From Aromatoleum sp. (GTDB taxonomy: Bacteria > Pseudomonadota > Gammaproteobacteria > Burkholderiales > Rhodocyclaceae), in assembly GCF_032027225.1 (NCBI RefSeq), contig NZ_JAVSMM010000015.1, forward strand, positions 20,093 through 84,092: 64,000 nt of DNA, in the 5' to 3' direction. Below, one piece after another: positions 50,039 to 57,925 of the stretch (position 1 is the first letter of the stretch; each line of letters opens with the position of its first letter). A model generated the notes under the pieces. That model was not told the DNA's origin. It was given only the letters and a program-made list of their open reading frames with translations, and made no database searches. A program made the position numbers and the translations under genes.

Positions 50039-51067
50039 ATGCGCGCGTGTTCCGGCACCCGGTCAGCCAAGGCGCCGCGTCTGCGCGCGCTCGTGGCCGC
50101 CTGCGTCGTCAGCTGCAACCCCATAGCCGAGGCGGTGGAGTCCACCACCACCGCTGCCCTCCTCGCCCAGGCTGTCGCGAGCTACCCGGCCTGCAGCGCA
50201 TGGCATGTTTCGGGGATCTGCTTCTGGCTGCGGTGCACACCGGTCGGATGCTCCATCCGCACATCCACCCGCGTCAGCCATTTCGCCCCCGATCTGGTGG
50301 TGAGCACCTATCACGATGTGCCCACCCACCCGTGGCCGGAAATCGGCATCCCGATCTCGGCGGCAAGCCGAGGGCTCCTCGAGACACTGCTCGGCGTCGA
50401 CCTGGCCGACAGCGCCGGCACGCACTCGCAGGCCGATCGCACCGACAAGCAGCGGCGCTTCCGCGACGCCGATGCCATCGGCCATCCCGCGGCCGGGCTG
50501 CCCGACCTCGCGACCTGCCCCTCGGCCGTCATTCCCTTCGTCCCCTACTACCAGTCGAAACTCGACGCGGCCGTGTGGCGTTCCTACCTACCGGCGGAGC
50601 TCCTCCTACCGGCCTCCTGGGTGCCGGGAATGCGCGAGGTCGGCACCCCGCCGCTCAATACCTGGGGCAACGTCTATCCGCGTAACGGTGAGGTCGTCCA
50701 GCAACACGAGGTCAAGGCCGCCGCGGTCCTGTCGCAGCGCATCGCCGATTTCATCACCCGGCCGACGCAACCGCACGTCTACGCCTACGTCACCTCGGGC
50801 GGCATTCGGCGGCGGCGGGGTCAGCTCGTATGGGATCCACCGCCGGCGCACGAAAACGATCCCATGGGCGGCCTGTGGCAGATGAACGTCGCGGTCCCCA
50901 CTCCCTGCCACATCTTCGGACTCAATGACACCGCGAGGCCGGCCTCCTACGGCGACGCCATGACCACCCATTCCGGCAGCTATGCCTACACACTCTGGCG
51001 TCCCTACGCCTGCTGCCGGGTGCGTGGCCAGATCTTCCTCGGCAACATCCAGTTCGGCTTGTGGTGA
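50039..51067 (+). CDS. ICE protein, PFL_4710 family-like (TIGR03756-type, TraU-like)
   Basis: Cys-rich N-terminus ...YPACSAWHVSGICFWLRCTPVGCSIRTSTRVSHFAPDLVVSTY... is typical of TraU-like proteins. Confidence 0.65.
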   Translation: MRACSGTRSAKAPRLRALVAACVVSCNPIAEAVESTTTAALLAQAVASYPACSAWHVSGICFWLRCTPVGCSIRTSTRVSHFAPDLVVSTYHDVPTHPWPEIGIPISAASRGLLETLLGVDLADSAGTHSQADRTDKQRRFRDADAIGHPAAGLPDLATCPSAVIPFVPYYQSKLDAAVWRSYLPAELLLPASWVPGMREVGTPPLNTWGNVYPRNGEVVQQHEVKAAAVLSQRIADFITRPTQPHVYAYVTSGGIRRRRGQLVWDPPPAHENDPMGGLWQMNVAVPTPCHIFGLNDTARPASYGDAMTTHSGSYAYTLWRPYACCRVRGQIFLGNIQFGLW

Positions 51068-51072
51068 ATGCG

Positions 51073-51612
51073 ATGAGTCCTGTCCGTTTCGTGCCCCTGC
51101 TGGCCGTCTTCATCGTTGCACCGTCCTGGTCGGCGCCCCCCCTTGCCAGCCGGCCGCCCACCGTCATCCACGACGCCGGTGGCGTACCACTTGCGCCTTA
51201 CTTCGAGCCGTTCGCCGACGACACCGACGAGGGGGCCCCCGAGCCGGTCCGCCAGCCACCAGCGCAACCACTGCCTCCGCAGCTCTTCCCGGTCGTCTCA
51301 GCCCGCGGGGGGCCCGGCCGCCTTCTGCAGAACCCGATGCCAAGCAAGTTGCCGGGCGGGCCGGGACAACCCATCTTCATCGTCGGCGACGATGCGGCCT
51401 CCGTCGACTGGCTGCAACGCAACGCGGACGCATTGCATCGAATGGGCGCCCAGGGAATCGCCGCGTCGGTGCGCAGCCCGGAGGACTTTTTGCGTCTGCG
51501 GGGCCTGGTCGACCTGCACATGACGCCCATGTCGCCCGATGCGCTCCTCGAAGCGGCCGGAATCCACGTTTGGCCCGTCCTCATCGGCGCCGATGGGACG
51601 ATTTCCCAGTAG
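51073..51612 (+). CDS. ICE protein, PFL_4695 family-like (DUF2859/TIGR03765-type)
   Basis: Signal peptide, then a C-terminal PIFIVGDDAASVDWLQRNADALHRMGAQGIAASV...GIHVWPVLIGADG pattern. Unusually placed at the end of the T4SS operon instead of before traD. Confidence 0.55.
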   Translation: MSPVRFVPLLAVFIVAPSWSAPPLASRPPTVIHDAGGVPLAPYFEPFADDTDEGAPEPVRQPPAQPLPPQLFPVVSARGGPGRLLQNPMPSKLPGGPGQPIFIVGDDAASVDWLQRNADALHRMGAQGIAASVRSPEDFLRLRGLVDLHMTPMSPDALLEAAGIHVWPVLIGADGTISQ

Positions 51613-51622
51613 GAGGCACGTG

Positions 51623-52183
51623 ATGAGCCAGAGAAGCATCCGCGCCCATCGGCTTGCGATCGCACTTGCCCTCGCCTACTCGGGCGCATCGCCCGCCACG
51701 GATCCGTCGCATGGCGATCTCGGAGCCCTCGCAGCCGCGCTCTTCGCCACCGTGCCGCCTGGCGAATTGTCTCAAACGGACCGGCGCGAGATCGCCGCCC
51801 TCACGCCTCTCGCCCTACGCGACGGCATCGTCGAGAGCAGCCTTCCGGGCTGCGAAACGGCGACGCACCCCGAGGTGAAACTTGAAGACCTGAACGGCGA
51901 CGGCGTCTCGGAGGTCTTCGTTGTCGCCGGCAATTCCTGCACGTCGGGGATGACGGGCTGCAGCATCTGGCTGTTCGCCAGGCGCATCGACGGGCGCTGG
52001 AGCCGGCGCCTCGACGTCGCGGCGGCCGCCTACCGCGTGCTACCAACAACGTCCCTCGGGTGGCGCAACCTGAGCGTAGGCGGCCGTGGGTTGTGCCAAG
52101 GGGTATGGCGCGTCGCCGCGAACGGTGAGTACCGGTACGCGCGCTCCATCAGGCCCGACGGGACTCCGTGCCCAAGCCAATAG
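51623..52183 (+). CDS. secreted hypothetical protein
   Basis: Signal peptide (LAIALALAYSGASPA) and a DLNGDGVSEVFVV (FG-GAP/VCBS-like) segment. Confidence 0.5.
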   Translation: MSQRSIRAHRLAIALALAYSGASPATDPSHGDLGALAAALFATVPPGELSQTDRREIAALTPLALRDGIVESSLPGCETATHPEVKLEDLNGDGVSEVFVVAGNSCTSGMTGCSIWLFARRIDGRWSRRLDVAAAAYRVLPTTSLGWRNLSVGGRGLCQGVWRVAANGEYRYARSIRPDGTPCPSQ

Positions 52184-52193
52184 GAGGTCTGGC

Positions 52194-53105
52194 ATGAGCG
52201 CCCGTCTCGCTTTCGTCCTGTTTCTGCTGACCGGCCTCGTCTGGGCCGGCGTGACATACACCGATTTCCTCAAGGCCGTGGGGCAGCGGGAGAGCACGAT
52301 GAACCCGCGGGTCACCAACCAGTTCGGTCACGTCGGCCTCTTCCAGTTCAGCGAGGCCGCTCTGCAGGACGTGGGCCTCTACTCGGGCGACGGCACACCG
52401 AAGACCAACGACTGGACAGGCGCCTTCACCGGCAAGTACGGCGTCAGCTCGCTGGCTGACCTCCTCGCGAATCCCGACGCTCAGGTCCAAGCGGTGACCG
52501 CTTACCATCGCCAGACATGGAACACCCTCACGAAGGTCTATGGTGCTGAAAGCTACCTTGGGACAACGATCACCGGCATCCCGATCACCGCGTCGGGTCT
52601 CGTCGCCGCGGCACACCTCGTAGGCGCCGGCACCGTCGGGGAATGGCTGAAATCCGGAGGAACGACGGATCCGGCCGACGGCAACGGCACCACGCTCGTC
52701 TCCTACCTGGAGCAGTTTGCAGGCTATACGCTGAACTTCGCGCCCCCGAGCTACGCCGAGGTCCTCGCAGGCACCCCTTCGGGGGTTTCGTCCGGCGGCT
52801 ATGTCCCTACCCCTGCCCCCTTAAGGACGTCCGTCGCGACAGGCTCTGCCACCCTGCTCAAGGACAGCAGCTTCGGCCGCACCTCTGCCGCCCAGGGCTT
52901 CTTCGGCGCCACCGGCTACCACATGGGCCAGGTTCGGCAGCTGCTGGTCGGAATCGCGGCAATGGCCCTCGTTACCTGGATCGCATGGGTCGTTGTCGCC
53001 AAGTGGCGCGGCCTGTCGGAGGGACTTGATACAAGACGCGATCTTGCAGTCGACATCGGTCGCGCTATTGTTCTGACATGGATCGTGCTGCTCATCATGA
53101 TGTAG
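52194..53105 (+). CDS. SLT-domain lytic transglycosylase-like protein with a C-terminal membrane anchor
   Basis: AGGAGG RBS. AVGQRESTMNPRVTNQFGHVGLFQFSEAAL (Glu-Ser ... NP ... GLFQF). Two C-terminal TM segments. Confidence 0.6.
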   Translation: MSARLAFVLFLLTGLVWAGVTYTDFLKAVGQRESTMNPRVTNQFGHVGLFQFSEAALQDVGLYSGDGTPKTNDWTGAFTGKYGVSSLADLLANPDAQVQAVTAYHRQTWNTLTKVYGAESYLGTTITGIPITASGLVAAAHLVGAGTVGEWLKSGGTTDPADGNGTTLVSYLEQFAGYTLNFAPPSYAEVLAGTPSGVSSGGYVPTPAPLRTSVATGSATLLKDSSFGRTSAAQGFFGATGYHMGQVRQLLVGIAAMALVTWIAWVVVAKWRGLSEGLDTRRDLAVDIGRAIVLTWIVLLIMM

Positions 53106-53128
53106 ATCTGACGACTTCCATGGAGGCG

Positions 53129-53764
53129 ATGATGAAACGGACGCCATATTTGGTCGCCCTCCTTCTGGCGGCATCCCTGCAGCCCGCCCGCGCGGACGTG
53201 CTCGACGGCCTGATCTTCGGCGCCAAGTGCATGGGCGCGGCCGATCGCAAGGCCTGCGAGGAGCAAGCCAAACGCGATGCCGACGAGACGCGGGCGCGGA
53301 TGCGCCAGCAGCCCAACCAGAGCGCACCGACCCTGACGAATCTCGACTCGCCCGACGATACGCTCGGCAAGAAGATCTATCGGAACTGGCGCAAGAACGT
53401 GGAATGCCATCCATTTTCTAAACGCTCCGTACGCGACGTCGATTCAACTTATGCGCAAGTAATGAACCGGTATAGCTTCGTTACCCCGAACCAAGCCAAG
53501 CTTCAATCAGGTACCGGCGAGGCGGGACTTTACATCGCGGGTTATCTTCATGAGTCCGCACCCGGCGCCCTCTACCGCCTCGAACAGGTGGTGTATTCGC
53601 CCGACGTGGCCAACGGCCGGCGCCAGTACAAGCTGCGGCTCGACCTCGCCCGCGACGGATCCGGCACCCGTGTCACCGGCCAGTACTGTGTGACCACCGA
53701 CGATCCGACCGGCTGGCGCGATTTGCCGGACCAGGTGCTCAAAAGCCTCAACAACACCTTCTAG
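53129..53764 (+). CDS. secreted hypothetical protein
   Basis: Signal peptide MMKRTPYLVALLLAASLQPARA. GGAGG before ATGATG. Confidence 0.5.
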   Translation: MMKRTPYLVALLLAASLQPARADVLDGLIFGAKCMGAADRKACEEQAKRDADETRARMRQQPNQSAPTLTNLDSPDDTLGKKIYRNWRKNVECHPFSKRSVRDVDSTYAQVMNRYSFVTPNQAKLQSGTGEAGLYIAGYLHESAPGALYRLEQVVYSPDVANGRRQYKLRLDLARDGSGTRVTGQYCVTTDDPTGWRDLPDQVLKSLNNTF

Positions 53765-53779
53765 CCCCCTGGAACGCCG

Positions 53780-53989
53780 ATGCTCGGCGACGAACGTCCT
53801 TGCCCACATTGCCGCGGCGCCCGCGAAGTTCGCGCCCAGGTCGAACGCCCTTGCCGCAGCTGCGGCGGCAGTGGCCGTGAACGCCGCGCGTACGACGACG
53901 AGCCTTGCCGCGCCTGCGGCGGCCGACGCATGGAATCCATATCCGAGTTCCAGCTTTGCACGGGATGTAACGGGCGGGGATACGTTTGA
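53780..53989 (+). CDS. 69-aa DnaJ-type zinc-finger miniprotein (four CxxC motifs)
   Basis: CPHCRGA, CRSCGGSG, CRACGGR, CTGCNGRG, evenly spaced about 17 aa apart. Confidence 0.55.
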   Translation: MLGDERPCPHCRGAREVRAQVERPCRSCGGSGRERRAYDDEPCRACGGRRMESISEFQLCTGCNGRGYV

Positions 53990-54133
53990 GACGCGTTCGA
54001 AACCAGGCTCGCCTCACGGCCCCCTCGCATCCATAATCGATCGGGTTGCGAGCATCGAATCGGGCGATTGCGAGCATGACCAACTGCGCCTAGGATAAGT
54101 GCAGCTGCAGGGCCGTTCGCGGCTCTATTGAAT

Positions 54134-54178
54134 CCGGTTAGCCCCTGACACCGGAACGGCTTTCGAGCCCGGGGTTCT
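54134..54178 (+). ncRNA. conserved 5'-leader element upstream of radC (candidate radC-type RNA motif or ssDNA promoter), copy 1
   Basis: CCGGT-tAGCCCCTGAc-ACCGG hairpin followed by ACGGC..CG.GCCCGGGGTTCT. A second copy lies at 57117-57159 and carries a compensatory stem change. Confidence 0.35.
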
Positions 54179-54250
54179 GTTCAGTTTCATTTTTTCCCGT
54201 GGGGAGTCCTTCCCCCACGCGGACACGGCTCTCCATGTCTGTCCAAGGAG

Positions 54251-54836
54251 ATGCCGATGTTCCACTTCCATTCGACTACATTGTCTGACGCAGCACTGTT
54301 GGAGCGCTTCTTCGGCCAAGAGGCCGAAGACGTGTGGGAGCGTTGCGGCTCCTGGGCCAAGGTTCTCGAGATCGCGCGGGACCCGCGCACGGAGCCCTGG
54401 CACGCCCTCGCGAATGCACTGGAGATCCTGCAGCGAGGCTTGAGCGAAGACTTGGCGGAGCGCGATGCGCTCGATGCCCCCGAGACCGTGCGCGCGTTTC
54501 TCCGCACCTTCTTCATGGGTCGCCCCTATGAGATCTTCGTCGTGTTGTACCTGGACGCCCGCAATCGCCTCCTCCACGCGGAGGAAGCCTTCCGTGGCAC
54601 CTTGACGCAGACCAGCGTCTATCCGCGCGAAATCGTGCGCCGAGCGCTCGAGCTTCGTGCGGCCGCAGTGATCTTCTCGCACCAACACCCGTCGGGCCCG
54701 TGTGAGCCTTCGATCGCCGACGAGTGCTTGACCCGGCAACTGAAGGAAACTCGCCATGGTCGACGTGAAGGTGCTCGACCACTTCGTCATCGCCGGCGCT
54801 GTGGACGTATCCTTTGCCCAGCGGGGACTCCTGTAG
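54251..54836 (+). pseudogene. radC: RadC-like JAB-domain protein, frameshifted near 54757
   Basis: ...EIFVVLYLDARNRLLHAEEAFRGTLTQTSVYPREIVRRALELRAAAVIFSHQHPSGPCEPSIADECLTRQLKE, then the family C-terminus LAMVDVKVLDHFVIAGAVDVSFAQRGLL* is in the +1 frame (stop 54834-54836). Confidence 0.75.
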
Positions 54837-55248
54837 TACTGCGGTCTTGCCAAACCGCGATTTGGCCGCTATTTTTGTTTTGTCTCGACGGCACCCTGCC
54901 GTCTCTCGAGACCAGGCGGGGACGCCCTCGCTCTCTCGCTTCGCGCGACACTCGCTCAATCCCTTGCTCGTCAACCGGCGCTTCTCGCCGCTCTGACCTC
55001 GACTCGTCCCGATTCCCCGCCCCGCGGCTGATGCAACTGCCATCAGCCGCGGCATGGCATGCATTGATCATCCGGACCACGAACGCCAGCGAGGAAGCAC
55101 ATGAATGAATTTCGGGCAGCATGTCCCCGGCGCCGAATCGACGACTTGATCGGCGTCGGTCAGAACTCGCATGACAAAGAAATTCCCCTGCCACATGAAC
55201 AAAGAGGTGCCGCCATGCGCCTCGACCTACCCGTGAGGTAGCGTCGTC

Positions 55249-56229
55249 ATGAGCATCAAGGTCATGTCGCTCGTATGGGAAGGATTTCCTGCGTCCGGAA
55301 GCGAGATGCTGGCAATGCTCGCTCTCGCGGACTGGTGCAACGACGAGGGCGGAAGTCTCCACCCGTCGATGAAGGCTGTTGCGGAAAAGATCCGCGTTTC
55401 GGAAAAGCAGGCTCGTCGGATCATCCACGCCTTTGAAGAAACCGGATACCTCAAGGTAGTCGGGAATGCCAATGGTGGCGCGCCCGGCACCACAAAGCAG
55501 TACCAGCTCAACGTCGTGAAACTTAAGACGCTTGCGGACGAAGCCGCAGCCCGAAAGACGGCTCCCGTCGATGTCACCCCTCCCACCGACGTCACCCCTC
55601 CCGTCGATGTCACCCCTCCCACCGACGTCACCCCTCCCGCCGATGTCACCCCTCCCACCCATGGGAGGGTACGGCTCCCACCCATGGGAGGAGAGGGCTC
55701 CCATGGGTGTCCCGAGACGCCTCCCACCGGTGGGAGCCAAACCACCAGTGAACCACCAGTGAACCACCAGTTAACCGTCAGGGGGACGGCGGCGCCTGCA
55801 GAGCCGGAACTCCCCCTTGCTGTCGCCAAGGCGCCAGCCCCCCACCAGGCCCAGGCCCCTCCCGGCGAGACGGCGCTGCAGGCCGCCTGCCGGGCGACCT
55901 GGGCAGCCTACCGCCAAGCCTATGCAAACCGTTACGGTGCCGCCCCGGTGCGTAACCAGAAAGTCAGCTCGCAGGTGAAGCAGTTCGTGCAGCGCATCGG
56001 CTACGAGGAATCGCCCCTGGTTGCCGCGTGGTTCGTGCAGCACCCCGGGAGCTACTACGTCGGGCGCATGCACGACTTGGGCTGCCTGCTGAGCGACGCC
56101 GAGAAGCTGCACACCGAGTGGGTGACGGGAAGGGTCATGACCGCCGGCAAGGCCCGCCAGTCCGACAGAACCGGCACTACCATGGCCGCACTCGCCGAGG
56201 TGCTGGCCGAGAGAGGAGAGTCGCTGTGA
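55249..56229 (+). CDS. helix-turn-helix protein, phage/plasmid replication-initiator-like, with a highly repetitive central linker
   Basis: The N-terminus MSLVWEGFPASGSEMLAMLALADWCNDEGGSLHPSMKAVAEKIRVSEKQARRIIHAFEETGYLKVV is a wHTH of the DnaD/Rep-like type. The central linker contains (V/T/A)DVTPP x5. Confidence 0.6.
   Translation: MSIKVMSLVWEGFPASGSEMLAMLALADWCNDEGGSLHPSMKAVAEKIRVSEKQARRIIHAFEETGYLKVVGNANGGAPGTTKQYQLNVVKLKTLADEAAARKTAPVDVTPPTDVTPPVDVTPPTDVTPPADVTPPTHGRVRLPPMGGEGSHGCPETPPTGGSQTTSEPPVNHQLTVRGTAAPAEPELPLAVAKAPAPHQAQAPPGETALQAACRATWAAYRQAYANRYGAAPVRNQKVSSQVKQFVQRIGYEESPLVAAWFVQHPGSYYVGRMHDLGCLLSDAEKLHTEWVTGRVMTAGKARQSDRTGTTMAALAEVLAERGESL
55567..55656 (+). repeat. tandem 18-bp repeat x5 inside the HTH gene
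   Basis: GTCGATGTCACCCCTCCC / ACCGACGTCACCCCTCCC alternating. Units at 55567, 55585, 55603, 55621, 55639. Confidence 0.9.
55740..55772 (+). repeat. tandem 11-bp repeat x3 inside the HTH gene
   Basis: AACCACCAGTG, AACCACCAGTG, AACCACCAGTT. Confidence 0.85.
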
Positions 56230-57050
56230 GCGCGAACACGCTGAAGGCCATCGCCGTGACGGCCGAACTGACCGGGGTCGAGCTTTCGACAGTGGCGCTG
56301 AAGGCCATGGATGCGGACCTGTCCGCCTACCCGGAGGCCGACGTGCTGCACGCCTTGGACCGCTGCCGCAAGGAGCTGAAGGGCCGCCTGACGCTATCGG
56401 CCGTGCTCGAGCGCGTCGCGGAGCTCGATAGCCGCCCTGGCGCGGAGGAGGCGTGGGCGACCGGGCTTTCCGCGGACGACGAAGCGGCGACCGTGGTGTG
56501 GACCGACGAGATCGTCCAGGCACTGGCGGTGGCCAAACCGCTCCTCGATGCTCGCGACAAGGTGGCGGCACGCATGGCGTTCTGCCAGACCTACGAGCGT
56601 CTGGTGCGTAAGGCGCGCGAGGCTAAGGAGCCGTGCCGGTGGTGGGCGTCGCTTGGCCGCGACCCGCGGCAGCGCGCGGCGGCCCTCGCGGCAGCAGTCG
56701 AGGCAGGCCGGCTCACACACGCGGCCATCCAGCCCCTGCTGCCCGCGCCAGCGGAGAGCGATGCGGTGGTCGCGGCGCTCATCGGCGGCGACGACGCGAA
56801 GCTGCTCGCCCACGTTCCCAAGGATGGCCGCGAGACCGCGATCCACAACCTCCAGTGCCTCCGCGCCCACCTCGCCGAACGGGAAACCCGGGCAGCGGCG
56901 CGTGAGGCGCAGCGCGCGACCGATGAGCGAGGGCGGCAGGCGGTGGTGGAGGCGCGCAAGGCCAGCATGTTCCGCGCAGTGCAAGAGCGCATGAACGGCA
57001 CGGCTTCGACGGACGACCGCCCTCCCCCAAAGACCTTGCTTGTTCCTTGA
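56226..57050 (+). CDS. hypothetical protein translationally coupled to the HTH gene
   Basis: GTG 56226 overlaps TGA 56227-56229. 274 aa, Ala/Arg-rich helical. No motif recognised. Confidence 0.5.
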   Translation: MSANTLKAIAVTAELTGVELSTVALKAMDADLSAYPEADVLHALDRCRKELKGRLTLSAVLERVAELDSRPGAEEAWATGLSADDEAATVVWTDEIVQALAVAKPLLDARDKVAARMAFCQTYERLVRKAREAKEPCRWWASLGRDPRQRAAALAAAVEAGRLTHAAIQPLLPAPAESDAVVAALIGGDDAKLLAHVPKDGRETAIHNLQCLRAHLAERETRAAAREAQRATDERGRQAVVEARKASMFRAVQERMNGTASTDDRPPPKTLLVP

Positions 57051-57116
57051 ATGCCAACCTGGCGTGAACCAGAATACAAAAACACTCTAAAGCGGCGGCT
57101 CATCGCGGCCGCGCAA

Positions 57117-57159
57117 CCTGTCAGCCCCTGAAACAGGTACGGCATCCGCCCGGGGTTCT
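57117..57159 (+). ncRNA. conserved 5'-leader element, copy 2 (upstream of the 77-aa ORF)
   Basis: CCTGT-cAGCCCCTGAa-ACAGG hairpin followed by TACGGCATCCGCCCGGGGTTCT. Paralogue of 54134-54178. Confidence 0.35.
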
Positions 57160-57261
57160 TCTTCCAAGTTGCATTCAATTTCTCCGTCCGGGATAACCCA
57201 CGTCCCGGTTCGCGGATCGCGCGTTCTCCCGTCCAGCACTTACCCACGAGGAGATCGCCCT

Positions 57262-57495
57262 ATGTGGCACGACGAACCCGCCGACAGGCCGGGACAGGAT
57301 CCCCAAGCCTACCTTCCATTCGCCCAATGGGAGGACCGTTTTCGCGAACGCATCGCGCATTACCAGGAGCTGCTGCTCGTCTTTCCTGGCTCCGCTTACC
57401 TCGCAAACGAGCTCGCCAACTACCAGCGTTGGTTCCGCGAGCATCTCTTGCTACGCACCACCGCAGCTATCACCGATGACGAGCCACCGTTCTGA
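57262..57495 (+). CDS. hypothetical 77-aa protein
   Basis: GAGGAG RBS 8 nt upstream of ATG 57262. Preceded by leader-element copy 2. Confidence 0.4.
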   Translation: MWHDEPADRPGQDPQAYLPFAQWEDRFRERIAHYQELLLVFPGSAYLANELANYQRWFREHLLLRTTAAITDDEPPF

Positions 57496-57925
57496 AAGGA
57501 AAGCAGCGTTCCGGGCGAGTGAGCTCGGAACGCTCGACACCACCCGCGCAACCGACACGCTGTGACAATGCCTTGCGAATACTCGACCGACGCACTATCG
57601 TAAATCCGTCCCCTCGACAATTTCTGCGCTCGATCCCCTCGCTCAGCGACGCTCCTTCGATCACCGTTCGAAGCAGCGCCGCGCCTTGCCTTCCCTACGC
57701 TGTTGTCTGAGCGACCCGCCCATGCGGGTTGCCTCGTCTCGTCAGATCCCTCGCAGCCGGCACATGCCGGCGCAGTGTCCAGGCGTTGCGCGCCTAGCCT
57801 CGCTCCGCTTACGCGATCGGTGTCCCCAGCCTCCGCGCCCCGCGCCCGGCTGTGACACGTCGAAAAGCCGAAAACCACGGCCGAGACACTCTGGGCCACC
57901 GGCAACCGAGACACGGAGAGAAACC

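Noticed and set aside
54125-54853. 242-aa minus-strand ORF opposite radC
   Set aside because: Shadow ORF. The plus strand carries the clear JAB-domain signature.
55567-55772. Possible CRISPR array
   Set aside because: The repeats are directly tandem (18 bp and 11 bp) with no spacers and lie in frame inside a coding sequence. No cas genes are present. It is not a CRISPR.
54787-55829. Minus-strand ORFs with GGVTS/GRGDV peptide repeats (54787-55767, 55227-55829)
   Set aside because: They are artefacts of reading the tandem DNA repeats of the HTH gene on the opposite strand. They overlap a better-supported plus-strand gene that has an RBS and an HTH domain.
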